DNA from: Octopus bimaculoides
Taxonomy: Eukaryota
Direction of reading: 5' to 3'
DNA: 64,000 bases
Assembly (NCBI RefSeq): GCF_001194135.2
Contig: NC_068997.1
Span: forward strand, 57,053,372-57,117,371
A program made the translations under genes and the position numbers. Position 1 is the stretch's first letter. Each line of letters opens with the position of its first letter. Shown piece after piece: positions 11,586-26,321 of this stretch. The notes beneath the pieces are model-generated. The model did not search any database. It was not told the DNA's origin and saw only the letters and a list, made by a program, of their open reading frames with translations.

Positions 11586-13692
11586 GAGAAAGGGAGAACA
11601 ATGAAACTGGTGGTTCACCCCCAATAGATATCGAATATATTTCTGCTTAGAAAGAAATACAACAGAATTTACTCAAGCGTGAAATTGATTTGTTGGTATA
11701 TTTCACAGAGTTTCTCGAAACTATTTTCTTATAATAAAAATGAAATAAATATGTAAAGAATATTACAGAAATACAATAATATTAATAATAATATATGAAT
11801 ATACTAAAATACATGAATTATTAAAAGAAATTTACCTTGATTATAAGATTATGATATTCAGAACAATTTCAACTTATAAAACATCTTTATAATGATACAA
11901 ATATATGGGTACACAATCCAATCCCCCACACACACACACAAATACATGCACACACTTTACATAATTACATAGACGTACATATATATATATATATATANNN
12001 NNNNNNNNNNNNNNNNNNNNNNNNNNNNNNNNNNNNNNNNNNNNNNNNNNNNNNNNNNNNNNNNNNNNNNNNNNNNNNNNNNNNNNNNNNNNNNNNNNNN
12101 NNNNNNNNNNNNNNNNNNNNNNNNNNNNNNNNNNNNNNNNNNNNNNNNNNNNNNNNNNNNNNNNNNNNNNNNNNNNNNNNNNNNNNNNNNNNNNNNNNNN
12201 NNNNNNNNNNNNNNNNNNNNNNNNNNNNNNNNNNNNNNNNNNNNNNNNNNNNNNNNNNNNNNNNNNNNNNNNNNNNNNNNNNNNNNNNNNNNNNNNNNNN
12301 NNNNNNNNNNNNNNNNNNNNNNNNNNNNNNNNNNNNNNNNNNNNNNNNNNNNNNNNNNNNNNNNNNNNNNNNNNNNNNNNNNNNNNNNNNNNNNNNNNNN
12401 NNNNNNNNNNNNNNNNNNNNNNNNNNNNNNNNNNNNNNNNNNNNNNNNNNNNNNNNNNNNNNNNNNNNNNNNNNNNNNNNNNNNNNNNNNNNNNNNNNNN
12501 NNNNNNNNNNNNNNNNNNNNNNNNNNNNNNNNNNNNNNNNNNNNNNNNNNNNNNNNNNNNNNNNNNNNNNNNNNNNNNNNNNNNNNNNNNNNNNNNNNNN
12601 NNNNNNNNNNNNNNNNNNNNNNNNNNNNNNNNNNNNNNNNNNNNNNNNNNNNNNNNNNNNNNNNNNNNNNNNNNNNNNNNNNNNNNNNNNNNNNNNNNNN
12701 NNNNNNNNNNNNNNNNNNNNNNNNNNNNNNNNNNNNNNNNNNNNNNNNNNNNNNNNNNNNNNNNNNNNNNNNNNNNNNNNNNNNNNNNNNNNNNNNNNNN
12801 NNNNNNNNNNNNNNNNNNNNNNNNNNNNNNNNNNNNNNNNNNNNNNNNNNNNNNNNNNNNNNNNNNNNNNNNNNNNNNNNNNNNNNNNNNNNNNNNNNNN
12901 NNNNNNNNNTATATGCATATATATATATATATATATATGCATATATATATATATATATATATGCATATATATATATATGTATATATATGCATATATATAT
13001 GCATATATATATATATATATATGCATATATATATTTATATATAATATATATACACATATGCTTATACACATATATGTGTGAACGTATATCTATACGTAGA
13101 TAAATGTGTAAAGTATGTGTAATGATAATACATCGATACCTGTATGTTTATATGCATAATATACACTCATGTATAGACATATACACGCACATGTATGTAT
13201 CTATAAATTTACATATACCTATGCATGTATATGCACGTGGGTGTATGCGTGTGTGTATGTGTGGATGTGTGTGTATTTACACATACACATTCATACAATA
13301 GTATTATGGTGTTTTCCTTCATTTCGCTCTCGTTTTTATACAGATGAAATTTTTCAGCAATCAGGAGTTATTACTGTTAAAGTTGATGTTGCAGATGCTG
13401 TTACTCTTACCGCATCCCATCCTTGTTATGGATTTTTTTTTCTTCATATTTTGCCAATTTCCACTAATTATATTAAACAATTGCTTATGCTATTAATGGC
13501 TGAGGTAGAATCCAAAAAGCGAAAAAGAAGAAAAACGAAAAGAAAAGCATTTTTAGTCTGATCAATGAAATATTAATATGATGGCCCTCTGAGTGATAGA
13601 CATAATTGGAATGAAAACAATAAGACAGAAGAACAACAGCAATCAAAATAACAACAGTTACATGTTTGGTTTACTGGAAGAAATGAATGCAC

Positions 13693-13705
13693 GTTGCTAG
13701 GCAAC
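13693..13705. promoter_or_regulatory. RFX X-box-like palindrome GTTGCTAGGCAAC
   Basis: Close match to the RFX X-box consensus GTNRCN(0-3)RGYAAC, with inverted GTTGC/GCAAC half-sites, in non-repeat sequence. Function not shown. Confidence 0.35.
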
Positions 13706-13896
13706 AGAATCAGCCACCGAAGACATTTCGTCTTCGACCGAATTAAGATCCTGATTTAGAAAACCTTGGGTGTCGTTGTGACGGAGATGGTGGTGATATG
13801 AGTTTTAAAAATTTATATTTCTTAGAATATCATGAATCAAGCAATATATATCTGTATTATATTGGAATACATTTATTCGCATAAATATATACATGG

Positions 13897-13951
<55 letters not shown>

Positions 13952-14186
13952 TTCATACGTACACATATTCATATTCACAACCAGAAACTTACGAGCACTG
14001 AAAGAGCTTTATTATTAAACCAATTGTTCAAATCTCACTTAGACAAGATTTCTTATTTCGATCGTTTTCATAACTTTGGCTAAATTCCATTTAATTCCCA
14101 TTTATTGTGTTAAAGTAAACCAAGTGGAACTGTTTCACCGTAGCATCACATAGAATGTATTCTATAATCTGCCCTCTCTCTCTCCG

Positions 14187-14248
<62 letters not shown>

Positions 14249-14258
14249 NNNNNNNNNN

Positions 14259-14294
<36 letters not shown>

Positions 14295-14789
14295 ATCTGT
14301 GTATCTATCTGTATATATATATATATATATATATAACATTTTTATCCCACTCTCTCCTTGTCTATCTCTCAATGTCCTCCCACTCTTTATTAGATCTTCA
14401 TTATTAAATGTGTTTCCAAGCACATTTGCTTTGTTTTTACTTTTAAATGTCTTCTTCGGAAATGAAAAAGTATCACATTCCATCGTTGTCAAAACTTACT
14501 CAATATGTGAAGAAAGAAGGAACAGAATTCCTGCCCTGAACGACTGCAACCGCAGGGACCATAACTATAGCACTTTGCGAAGACCATAAATTGTTTTTAA
14601 AAAACGCTTGCCCTGAACCTTTGCTTTAGATCCCTTGAACTTTTGCTTTAGATCCCTTGTACTCATTTGTCTACGTTGGTTACCAAAAAATATTCTAAAC
14701 CGACAGAGATTACTGTATACTATGAAATGGCACACTGTTGCTATCATGCTCCACTTGACCACCGATATGTGGTAGATAGAGTCCTTAGA

Positions 14790-14942
14790 GTGAAGGCGCG
14801 TGGCTTAGTCGTTAGGGTATTCGGCTCACGATCATAAGGTCGTGAGTTCGATTCTCAGCCACGAGTTGTGTCCCTGAGCAAGACACGTTATTTCATGTTG
14901 CTCTAGTCCGCTTACCTAGAAAAAATGAGTGGTACCTGTATT
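14790..14942 (+). mobile_element. tRNA-headed SINE with CORE-like block, family B (3'-truncated)
   Basis: GTGAAGGCGCGTGGCTTAGTCGTTAGG (A box), GAGTTCGATTCTC (B box) and TGTGTCCCTGAGCAAGACAC (CORE-like). Aligns to the 19251-19558 copy. Confidence 0.85.
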
Positions 14943-15162
14943 GAACGTAAATTTGCATTGACACTTGCGAATTAACATCGAGGTGAACCATGAAATCATA
15001 AAGGAGTTCTGATGTTAATACATTCTTCCAATGGATCTTAAATATGGTTGCATTTCAGCTTTAGTGTGCATAGGGCGTCAATTGTATCCCTTGTAGTTCC
15101 TTAGTTTCATTTATTGTAAGTTGTTTCTGAATTATTTCCTTTCCGTTGTAAGATTCAAGACA

Positions 15163-15438
15163 GAGAGAGGGGGAGCGAGAGAGGGGGGAGCGAGAGNNNN
15201 NNNNNNNNNNNNNNNNNNNNNNNNNNNNNNNNNNNNNNNNNNNNNNNNNNNNNNNNNNNNNNNNNNNNNNNNNNNNNNNNNNNNNNNNNNNNNNNNNNNN
15301 NNNNNNNNNNNNNNNNNNNNNNNNNNNNNNNNNNNNNNNNNNNNNNNNNNNNNNNNNNNNNNNNNNNNNNNNNNNNNNNNNGCGAGAGAGGGGGGAGCGA
15401 GAGAGGGGGGAGCGAGAGAGGGGGGAGCGAGAGAGAGG
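15163..15438 (+). repeat. G-rich 15-bp minisatellite (GAGAGAGGGGGGAGC)n spanning an N-gap
   Basis: Units are visible on both sides of the gap 15197-15381. Confidence 0.9.
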
Positions 15439-18400
15439 TCGGTAATTAGAAGTGGAAGGTCCCTTAACGAAACTTATCTTTTCGTTTTGAAACAATTTAC
15501 AGGAAACTATCATCTATTTTTCGAACTGTGTATAAGCTCTTCCAGAACTTATTATAACCTATTTCCCAGCTCCTTCCACTGTAATGCCAGTGGAAGCCAT
15601 TAACCAGTTTTGTCTCTTCAAACGATGGCAATGTTATAGTATCAGCTAAGCTGTTGCATCTGTCATATACCGTAGATAATTACCGCTAATTAAACGTAAC
15701 ACTAATTATTATTCTTTCCGTTATATCAGTTTTCAAGAAGAAGGTTAATTATAACAGTTGTGAGAAAGATAATTGTTCTGTTTGCGGTGAAGGCGTTTAA
15801 TAAACTGCGATTTCTTTGCGTAAAAGCTCAAGATAACAAAGTTCATTATTCTCTTGCATTCATTCAAAAGCAAATTGAGTCTAAAGATGCTGATAGCTTT
15901 GCTTCTCTGATAAGAAAAGCATTCATAAGCTGATGCCACTCTATTCACGGTAAAAACATAGATGAGAAACAGAGAAGCAGAACTGAGAGGAAAAGTAGCA
16001 AAACACAAATGATATTTTATTTTTAATTAACGTGACTGAACATAAGGTTTCTTTGAATAAGTTTTGAGCAGATTATTGTGAAAGCATCAACAATAAAATA
16101 ATGCTGTAAACCTACGTCACACGAGTTTACGCAATAGTTCCAGAATGGAAGTCAATTTAGTAAATTTGCGCATGCTCAATAGAGAAACCATATTTATATC
16201 AGGTGCAAATATTTACTGTAATTAGGATACAACAGCGTCGTTAAATGAATGTTTTCAGGTACCAAGAGAGTGTCTGTAAATCAGTGCGAAATGAATACAT
16301 TCAAAGTAAAATGATAAGTACGTCATTCGAGTATATACTACCCTGAGACACGCATACATGAACAAGAGTATATCCATATGCACACAAACATACTTACATA
16401 TATGTGTGAGGGATTTCTACACAGTGTATCAACGGTATTTCCACTCACAGCGTATTGTTTTAACCTGTACTAGCAGACGACATTTCTCCACGATGATAGA
16501 CAATGGTATATGTTATAGAAATAATCTGTTACAAGTATACTGCCATAACGATAGACCCAAGCCCGAATCAGTAACGCATTTGAATCATGTAATAATTGCG
16601 AAGACGCTACGTTGCATGATAATCAGATTTTGGTTATCAAACCGATTGCTGATCCTCGTTCACGGTAGCCTTTAAAATACATTTTCGTTTTTTGCCAATT
16701 CCACCTTAATGATGTGCTGTTTTAGCTTCGGTGGTTGCCTTTGTTGGAGTTTTTCTTGTTTCCCAGACCTTGATCAATCCTGGAAGCGCAGATCAATAAT
16801 CAATTTGTTTCTGCCGTAAAATCTAATAAATTCGTTTTCAGGTATCGTAAATCTACGAATACTTTAATCAATTCCCATGTATTATTATGCAATATTCAAT
16901 ATTCCATTTGCTGTGACATTATAGGGAGAAAGTAGGAAAAGTTTGCACCCAGATTTGCCCTGATTTGATCAGTTCCATCTTCGAAAAAGATTCAAAGTGT
17001 AAACCATGGTGGGTTTGGAGGATGGAGGTCATTAAAGCAAAATTAAGGGGAGGGTTCAATGTTAGCGCGACCAGACGAAATCGAAGTAAAGAAGTGAGAT
17101 ATATGTTGTGGCCGCACTAGAGAACTGCTCTTTGCAGAAACATTTTCTTCTCTTATCTATTCAGAAATTTATACACCACTCTTGTATGTCTCTTGGGCTG
17201 TCGGTTTTGGCAGTACAATTACATATTCATCCCTACCTACAATCATCGAGTTGTACGGATCTAAGTAATATACTCAACTCTCATTGACTCAATGCTCAGG
17301 ACTAACTCTAGACTTAACGGTTTAGTTCTTGAAAGGTTATCTAACTGTAATGGCTATGGTGACGATTAATAAAAAAAATATCCACGAATCCCAGACTATT
17401 TTAATATCACACAACTGATGCACAATTGTAAAACGAGAAAGGAAAACAAACCTACAATTTAAAAAAATATATATGATTAGTATACATAAATTGGCAGTTT
17501 CTGGACTGTTGTGTCATTTGACCCCTCCGTTAAAAAGATGAAATATAGATTTGATAAATATAAACCTTCTTTTATCAAAACAACTTGTTATTTTGCTGAA
17601 GATTTATTTTTGTTCTATCCATTTCGCAGTATTCCATATTTTATCATTTTGTTTTCAAATGAAATCAGAATTTATCCAGATATATTATATTTTCCTTTCA
17701 TCTGACATTGTTGATTCCGATTTTTTATAATCGTGCACAGGTTAGAGCAGAACTACAGAAATAACTGTATGGATATAGGTTGCTTTCCTCTTCTGTGTTT
17801 GGTCCTCAAAAATATCTTGCTGTGTTATTTTATTGCATTTGATTTCATTTTGTTCACCCCTCCCTTCGACAAATTTCCATCATTCAGAAACGCTTTAAAC
17901 AACATAATATTGATCTGTGACAGTTCTCACTGCAATGCCAAAAGTTTTTAGAATTTAAATCTAATTTCTCTGTTTATCAATATTAGTGTATTTGGAATCT
18001 GAGGGAGTGTTTTATGTTTGTTCCGGCATATCTTTTAAAGATGTTACTGAGCACTGCAAATCTTTTGAAGATATTCATTATAAATACTTTTCTTCGATTT
18101 TCATCCTCTTTGCTTTCAGATGTCAATAAAGTACAATTAACCAGCTCTTATCTCTTTACTTCATTTCGAACCGAATCTTACTTTTTTTTTACTTTCATAT
18201 CTTCTGCTTTTGTCCTCCTTTTTCAATCCCATCTCTCTTTGTTGATTCATCATTTCGCTTTCATTTTTTTTCTCTCTGCCCTACCTATTTTCTCCCTCCT
18301 ACCTACCTATCTGCCTCTTCTCTCTCCCTCCCACTCTCTCTCTCTCTCTCTCTCTCTAATAAATGTCTTTTACATCTTTACCTCTGTTATCGACTTTGCT

Positions 18401-19250
18401 ATTTTTTTCTTCCCATGCTGAGTTATGAAATTTGTTTGCCTCTCTTCTCCGTCTCTTTTGTACTTTTCTTTGATACGAAAATATTTCTCTGCCAGCAGAG
18501 ATGCTTTTCTCTTCTTAACTGTCTTGTCATTCCTCTTTCTTTCTTTCTTCTTCATCTTCCATCAGACCACTACAATCTGTTGCTATAACAGTTAATCAGT
18601 TCCAGTTCCTCTGATCACTAAGTGACAATACGTACACACATACAAATACACACCTACAAATACACACCTACAAATACACACACATATATATGTACAGTAT
18701 ATTTCTTGCTGTTTCCTGTCACTTTGATAATAAATGAATACACATACGCACACACTACATGCATTCAAACTCACAGAAATACGTATAAAACTTTAGCCAC
18801 CTTCAAAGACAGCTACAGTATATCCAAAGTTATCGAGATTTCTGTTTGCAAGACAATATTTTACATGTAACACAGTTTCAATTCCTAGACGTGACCAACT
18901 GATTCATTTAAAACTATTGACAACACTTGTAAGTGACTCTAGCCACGAAGATTCGCTTTCTTCTCCCATATATTTGCCGTTCCTAACTTTATTCTCCTTG
19001 CCTAAATGTATGCCACATCAATACATTTAAGCACATTTGTAAAACTAGAAGGACTTGCCAGTTCATTTTTGATTAAGTGAGACCCAGCTAATACTCATAA
19101 TAATCGAAGTTAAATGGAAGAAACCGTTCTGTAGATGGCGTTAAATAGCAGCACATTTGCTTGATAAGTAAAACATACGTGTCAGGGACCTGTATTAATA
19201 TCTGGCACAATAGTTCTTGAAGAAGTGTACTGTATGATACGGTTTATAAA

Positions 19251-19558
19251 CTGGCCGTCTGGGGGTTCCGACGACGAGTGTTCCAGTAGATCCGACTAAT
19301 GGAGCAGCCGGCTCGGAAAATTATCGTGCAAGTGGCTCAACACTCCACAGACGCGTAGTATTCAGGGAGATTCAGCGTGACACAGAATGTAACAAGGTTG
19401 GTCCTTTGCAATACAGATATTACTCGTTTCTCCAGCTGAGAAGACTTTAGCAGCATGAAAATAGTCTAGCTCAAGGACAAAACATGCCGCTGGGAATCGA
19501 ACTCACGACCTCGCGCCCGTGAGCCGAATACCTCTAAATAATTAGCCATGTGATTTCA
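19251..19558 (-). mobile_element. SINE family B, longer copy
   Basis: Minus strand head GTATTCGGCTCACGGG..GGTCGTGAGTTCGATTCCCAGC then TTGTCCTTGAGCTAGAC, homologous to the 14790 copy. Confidence 0.8.
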
Positions 19559-20232
19559 CAATTTCTATTACTACAATATCTTGTTTATGTTCTTCGAAAT
19601 GAAATGTCACCTCCTTCCCAATTAGCATCTGTTTGGAAAGTAATGAGATATTTCATTAGGTACATTTTTTTCACATATTAATTCCTACTTACGTGAGAAG
19701 GAAGCGCTTCGTCCTTTCAAGGAGATTGTTTTACCTCTTCAGAGAGTTCACTATTTCACCAGGGATAAGCCTTTGCCACAGTCTTTCAATGCCCTTTTCC
19801 ATTGTTCTCTTTCAGGCATTTACTGTTTTCCCTCAAAAGCGAGCAATACAAATTTTAATTATGAGTGAAATAATAATGATCTGGATACCATTGGAAAAAG
19901 ACTCAGATTTTTTGTGCTAAAAGAATTATTGAAATTGAATGGTTTGCGAAAGTCTTCTCCTGTAATGAAAAAAAAAACAATACAAATTGCTAAGAAACGA
20001 AAATTATTTCTCAGACAATAATCGAATGTTTTCTAACAACAAAAAACAAAGAAAAATAAAGTAATAAAAATATTTCCTGTCACAGAATGATGGATTAATG
20101 GTTGAACTGATTTATTGCCATCTTGTTAAATTCATAATAGCAATTTGAAACACATACCTATGTTTTATTTTATATTTAGTAGGCAAAAAAAATTATGTAA
20201 ATATAGCGGAATCCTGTGAATGTGTGTTTACG

Positions 20233-20271
<39 letters not shown>

Positions 20272-20619
20272 GTGGCTTTGTTGATTCCTTCGAGAAGCAG
20301 TTGTTTCAGTTTCAAGCTGAGTATCCCAGATTAAGCCAATTGTCATGTAAATATACTTCCAAGCAGATTAAATTTTCAGGTTTAATGACAGAATTTTAAA
20401 AATATGGCAATGGGTATTAGATCTAAAGACATGTAGATCTAGTGTTCTTCCAAATTTTAATGTGAAAAATAATATTTAATGCACTATCCGCTTAGGTTAC
20501 TATCCGCTTACTTGAGGCGGTGCATTTTTATTTCGCAGATAAGACATTACAAACAGACAAGCCATCGTACGTAGACGCTTGCGAGTAATCATATATATAT
20601 AATGGAATTACAACATACA

Positions 20620-20950
20620 AACACGTCTCTCTGTCTAGTCAAATCATTGTATAGAGATATGTCATTGTTAAAAGTAATGGTGGTGTTTATAGACACTTGA
20701 TGGTATATAAATATGTGATAGTTTATACAGAAATCATCTCTTGTAGACATGTCATTATACATTGTAGTTACAGCAAGTAGACAAGATATTATACAGAAAC
20801 TTGTCTTTGTATATACACATAAAATTACACGAAGACAAAGCAATGTTATCGTATATAGAAATGCTACTGTATATAAACGAGCCATTGTAAATAGATATAT
20901 TATTGTGTAGAAACCGGTCATTGAACAAAAAATTATCATTGTACATAAAT
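20620..20950. repeat. Degenerate 18-bp minisatellite (approx. GTCATTGTATATAGAAAT)
   Basis: TGT-centred units at 20648, 20666 and 20684, and six further 18-nt units at about 20845-20950. Gives the 6-aa periodic ORF YNDNFL/FNDRFL/HNNISI/YNGSFI. Confidence 0.7.
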
Positions 20951-20965
20951 AAGTCAGTGTGTGTG

Positions 20966-21002
<37 letters not shown>

Positions 21003-23590
21003 ATGTATATATATATATATGTGTATGTGTGTTATAGAGAGGTGATTGTAAACATTCATAGACCGTAAACCAGACATTTGATACATGAGAGCACTCGGTA
21101 TACCGACTTACTTATGATGCTCCTTTCATGCAAAAAGCTATTGATGCATGAATTATCATAGCAAAATACTTAATTCTGTAACAGTTAACCATCTGACTTT
21201 ATATATGTGTCTGAGTTTCACAGACTCCTTTTATATTATTCCGTTTTTGTTTATCTAAGCACCGGCTGTGTTTAATCAGCTGCCGTTTAATCAGATATTC
21301 CTGTTCTAATGATCCAGTAATTTTCTAAAGAATCATTTAAATACAATATCCAAAGTGTTCGTTCCGTAATAATTTAGAATGGTGTACTTTGATGGACATT
21401 TTGCAACTTTTTCTAGAGGTCCCTAAAAATTTCCTCGTACTTTGTGTGCTTTTTGTCTCTCACAGAATGTGTTTTGATTTCATTGTTTAGAATTTACCTT
21501 TCCTCTCTGATGGAAACAAAAGATTCACGTCTGAAGCGACAACTACCAATATTTATCTAATATTCAAAATAACATTATCTATCTTCATTTTTTGCAATTA
21601 CTTTATGATTTATCTACCCTTAATAAAACACAAATAAATAAATATTAATATAACTAAAGAATTCTGTGTATTAAATTACTGACAAATAATAAATTCCGTC
21701 TTCAAAATCTTCCTGAGGGACACTCCACGTTTTTTTTTCTTTGTTAATTTCGGAAAGATAATGGATGGAAGGCTGAAGTCTAAGGGTAACGAGTTCAATA
21801 TTTTCTCTGTGAAATAATGAATAAGTAAACCCTATTTATCTTCTTATTGACAAACAATACAAAACTAAAGCAACAAAGACTAATAAATACACAAAAATAA
21901 TACAATATTGATTAATCGCTGATTTAATTACTAATGTAATGTAATAACTGACTTAGAAACGATGATTTTGAACGAAGAAACTGTGTGGTAGCTCATTGCT
22001 CTACAGCTTATTTCTATCTTTGAATAATAACGTTCAAGAAACAACCCCATCACACACCAGAAGAGAAAAAGATTACAACAAAATCTGGAACAGGAAAAAT
22101 AGCAAAATATAGAAAATGGTATAAGAGATGCAGATTACGATGGAAGAAATAAGAATCGCAGTAAAAGGTCACTGTTCAGAGAAGCCAATTTCTCCGGTGG
22201 TGCCAGAGTGCCGGTTGGCAGAATCGTTACTCTTCAGTCTGTTTATTATAAACACAAGGAAGAGAAAATGAGAAGCTTTTAATTATTGCCTTAATGACTG
22301 CGTAGATATTTATCCATTAACTTTAGCTCCATGTGTTTCATGTAACGCATTAAAGTTTCACCGAGTATGTGTGTGGGTGTGCGTGTGTGTGTGCTGATGC
22401 GTGACGTTATATCGATTCTTGAGTAGATGTGTATCTGTTCATGTGCATTCACGCAAGATAAATTTGCATGCATACACACATTTACCTTTGGACACATTCA
22501 TATACAAACACCCACGCACATATATGCACACACACACACACACACTTATATATACATACACGCATATATGTATGTATGTCTATATACTTATTAAATGTGA
22601 AATGACATGAGAAGGCACAAACTTATTTACATAGAAGTAGGAGGCTAATGAACGGACATTAATTAATATATCACCAACAGAATGGTTTTTAAAAAAAAAA
22701 TGTATAATCAGTAATATCTCTTTGTATTTAGTTTGTGATTAACACAAAGAAGTACGTTTACAGAATTATAATTCTATGTATCTAGTGTGTGAAGTTAGGA
22801 ATTATAAAGTTATTGCGACGGTTTCGGATAAGAATTGAAACTGATAGATTCAGTGTTAAAGATGCAGCAAGAAGGAGAGTCTTGCCATTCGTCACCTGTT
22901 TTCTGTCCTTATTTCAGATTTGTGTGTAGCATTCGGAAGAGCCACTAGCTGTAAAATCCATTTATCTCTACAAAATAACTATCCGACCACGCACCAAATG
23001 CGGAAAAAAAAATTTGGTTGTAAGATGTGAGAAGATAAAAAATACACACACACATAGAAGAAAAAAATATGATAAAATTAATTGCTTTTCGCCTGTTTTC
23101 CATAACTTAAACGCTTTGCCAAAATGATAAAAACGAACGTGCAGATTATATATTTCGAACTAATTAATGAAAAACCATAAAAATCCAGTAAAATTTAGCA
23201 TTTTAAATTTTTTGTGGCATATTACACCGAAGGATTTTATTTTGTTGGTTTAATGCGGATTTTACAAAATTACAATATTAAAAGATAAAATCAAATGAAT
23301 TAAGAAGCATTAAATAGCTAAGAATTATTGGGCTTTACAAACTCTCTTCTGCTACTTGCAATCTATTTATCAACACAATTCTTTCATTATTAACCTTCCG
23401 CACTTCCTTTGCAATTAGCCTCTGTAAAATTACAAATGGTAAGCATCAGATATTTAGCTTTTAATTGTGCGCACGCGCACCTGAGCACATTAGGAATCTT
23501 TATTAACGTAGATATATGCCGAAGATAATCCTAAACAAGGAAACTTGGTTATCTTCTAAAAGCATACTACAATAGGCATAAAATAATCCG

Positions 23591-23793
23591 TTTTACTCTA
23601 GCTGCAAGGCCTGAAATTTACAGGAGGGAGTTAGTCAATTACATCGACCCCAGTGCTCGACTAGCACTTATTTTATCCATCTCGAAGGCAAAGTCGATCA
23701 TGGCGAAATTTTATTTCAGAACGTAAAACGGGAATGAATCTCGCTAAGCAGTTTACTCGGCGCGATAAGGACTCTATTTAGCTCACTGTCTTT
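23591..23793 (-). mobile_element. SINE family A copy (diverged)
   Basis: Plus strand CAAGGCCTGAAATTT..TCGACCCCAGTGCTCGACTAGCACTTATTTTATC..AAGTCGA..CAGAACGTAAA..GCTAAGCA is the reverse complement of the family A layout. Confidence 0.75.
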
Positions 23794-25863
23794 ATGTATG
23801 AAATTATAATAGCCATAAATATGAGTTGGGTAAGGGTTGGTTTAGTTTCAGGAAAATTGTAAAGGAGAATATGGAATAATCAAAGACATTCAGACTTTAT
23901 CCATCTAAGAATTTGTAGTTTAACATACCGTACTCTTATTGTAAAGTATTTGTTTGCACGTCAAACAAATACATAACTGAAGATTCTTAGTAGACTTGAT
24001 AATAACCTTGTTCGTTTACATGTAAGATAACTGTGAAAACAGCAAAACAGGCATAGCGATGGGAAGTAGTGAGGAAGGTGATATTTTCAAACATGTATTT
24101 CTTTCTTTCACTTATAGCAGAACAAGAATTAGATTCTCTGTTAATCTAATTAAACAGATTGTGTGCAGTTTTAAATAGCGTCAGAAATTTTTCAGTGTTC
24201 AGCCATTCAGATGTATCATTTTTCGGAATTGGCAAATACGAAGATGACCTCTAACCAGCAATCCGATACATCAAAATTAGAACATACTTATATGACCCGT
24301 AATCTATAAACGTATGGATCAGGATGCACTCGATACGAATTCATTACTACGGTGCAATATTTTGAAGGTAGCCTGACAAAAACTCAAAGCAACAGGACCA
24401 TTTTTGTTTGATATTTATATAAATACCAGAAGATATTCTTTCACCGAGCTAAAATTATTCATCCATTTAGAAATTAATATTAAATTCAAGTGTGAGACAA
24501 GTACACGTTTCGTTGAAGTTAACCGTGAACTGAGATGACGTGGTTGTAGCTTAATCTTGAGTACAGAATCAATGTGCAAAGCGGATGATTTTGCAGACTT
24601 GGTTAATATTTAGTAATTATAAGAATATTTATCAAGCTAGATCGAATAATGAATAATATAATGACTGGAAGGTTATGGTGCAGTACTAATATATTTTACG
24701 TCTTCAGTTGATTTATTCTGCAAGACTTTAGCTTAGTGTTGAGAATTTGCTAAATTTCTTTTAACAATCTTCCAGATAACGTTGGGGAAGATGTCTAAAA
24801 TTCCGGAAGAGCATTGGCGTAGTTAACCCGAAGATGCACTGTACGCGATAACAATAGATAAGGTTGCAGTAACAGAGCAATGCACATCAAATCTTGGTTG
24901 TGCGTTGTTATATAAAACATGAGCTCAGAGTTTAGTTATTTTAGTGAACAAAATGAGAGACTTCGATAATAATCTACTTCTACTCAGTTATACTCTTGTC
25001 ACAATTTGAGGATCTTTGGTTAAATTCGGGCTTTGCTGAGGAGGTCAAATAAGACCGTTACTTATTCATAGTTGGCTCCTGAAGATGCGAAAAGAAGCAT
25101 GATTAGTTATTATACTAAGCTACACTGATTCTTCCCCAAATATTCAATTCATCCTAGTTAAAGGTTTGGTGCTCACTAAATTTCTTTGTCTCATGTAAAA
25201 CTGGTCACAGAAAGAAGCATGCATATGTGTCTGCAAAACTTTGTCTCGAAGTCCAGCCCCAATATTTACAGTTAGCTTCACAAAGAAAACACGCAATTTC
25301 TTCTTATATATATATAAATCTGTACACACACACACATACATATACACATATTATATATGCACACAGACACACTCATACATACATATATATGTATGTATGT
25401 ATGTATGCGCACAAATGCAATTCAGTAGCATGCATACATAATATTTATAAGAAAATTAGCAAAATATCCCCTTTCTGAAGAATGTAAGCATAGATTAAAT
25501 GAATATTTGTAATTGCAAGTCCAAAGAGATATTTCTGACAGAGCCTTGAATATCTCGGGAGTTCATATTTATTTAAACTAGATTATCTATGTAGTTCGGT
25601 TGAATTCTAATTTATCTCAATCGTTTCTTTATCAATAAAATGTTGTTTCTGTCCTTCATAATTGCTAAAATCAATGGAAGATATTTCTTTATTAACCACT
25701 GTAGAAGAGACTGGAATACGCTAACGGCTCATATTACGATCGCATATATTTACAGTCACATAATACAGCACACGCACGCCCGCATACATACATACACACA
25801 CACACACATGTATATATGTGCATTTGCGTGTGTGTGTGTGTATTTGTATTTATATACAGATAC

Positions 25864-25936
<73 letters not shown>

Positions 25937-26269
25937 GTATGTAGATATGTGTGTATATATGCATATATGCATGTGTGTAGATATATATATATTACATGTG
26001 TTTGTGTATATACACACATACCTAGCTACATGTGTGTGTAATTGTGTGCATATGTGTGTGTTTTATAGATTTCTTAAGTTTAAAAGTAGAGTGGAAAGTA
26101 TAATTCAGGTGGAAGTAGGAAACAGATCTCTTGAATTAACCAGAGGCCTTATTTCGTAGTTAATAAACCACAGGAAATCTTCTGTGAAATAAGTTTTTTC
26201 TTAAAACTGATAGTCCCTTAAACAATATAGACATGAAAGTCTGCTACTTGTACACGTGTTTATGTATGC

Positions 26270-26321
<52 letters not shown>

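Noticed and set aside
11874-13071. Longest ORFs in the track (368-376 aa) and similar ones at 2.4-3.1, 34.8-35.2, 45.1-46.0 and 60.7-61.1 kb
   Set aside because: They consist of N-runs plus (TA)n/(CA)n/(GA)n, which lack stop codons. Not coding.
13344-13561. Strong-looking acceptor (TTTTTATACAG) followed by an open frame
   Set aside because: The following sequence is degenerate GTT/GCT and A-rich low complexity with no good donor.
14790-14860. tRNA gene call for SINE heads
   Set aside because: A and B boxes are present, but the acceptor stem does not close and each head runs into a repeated SINE body.
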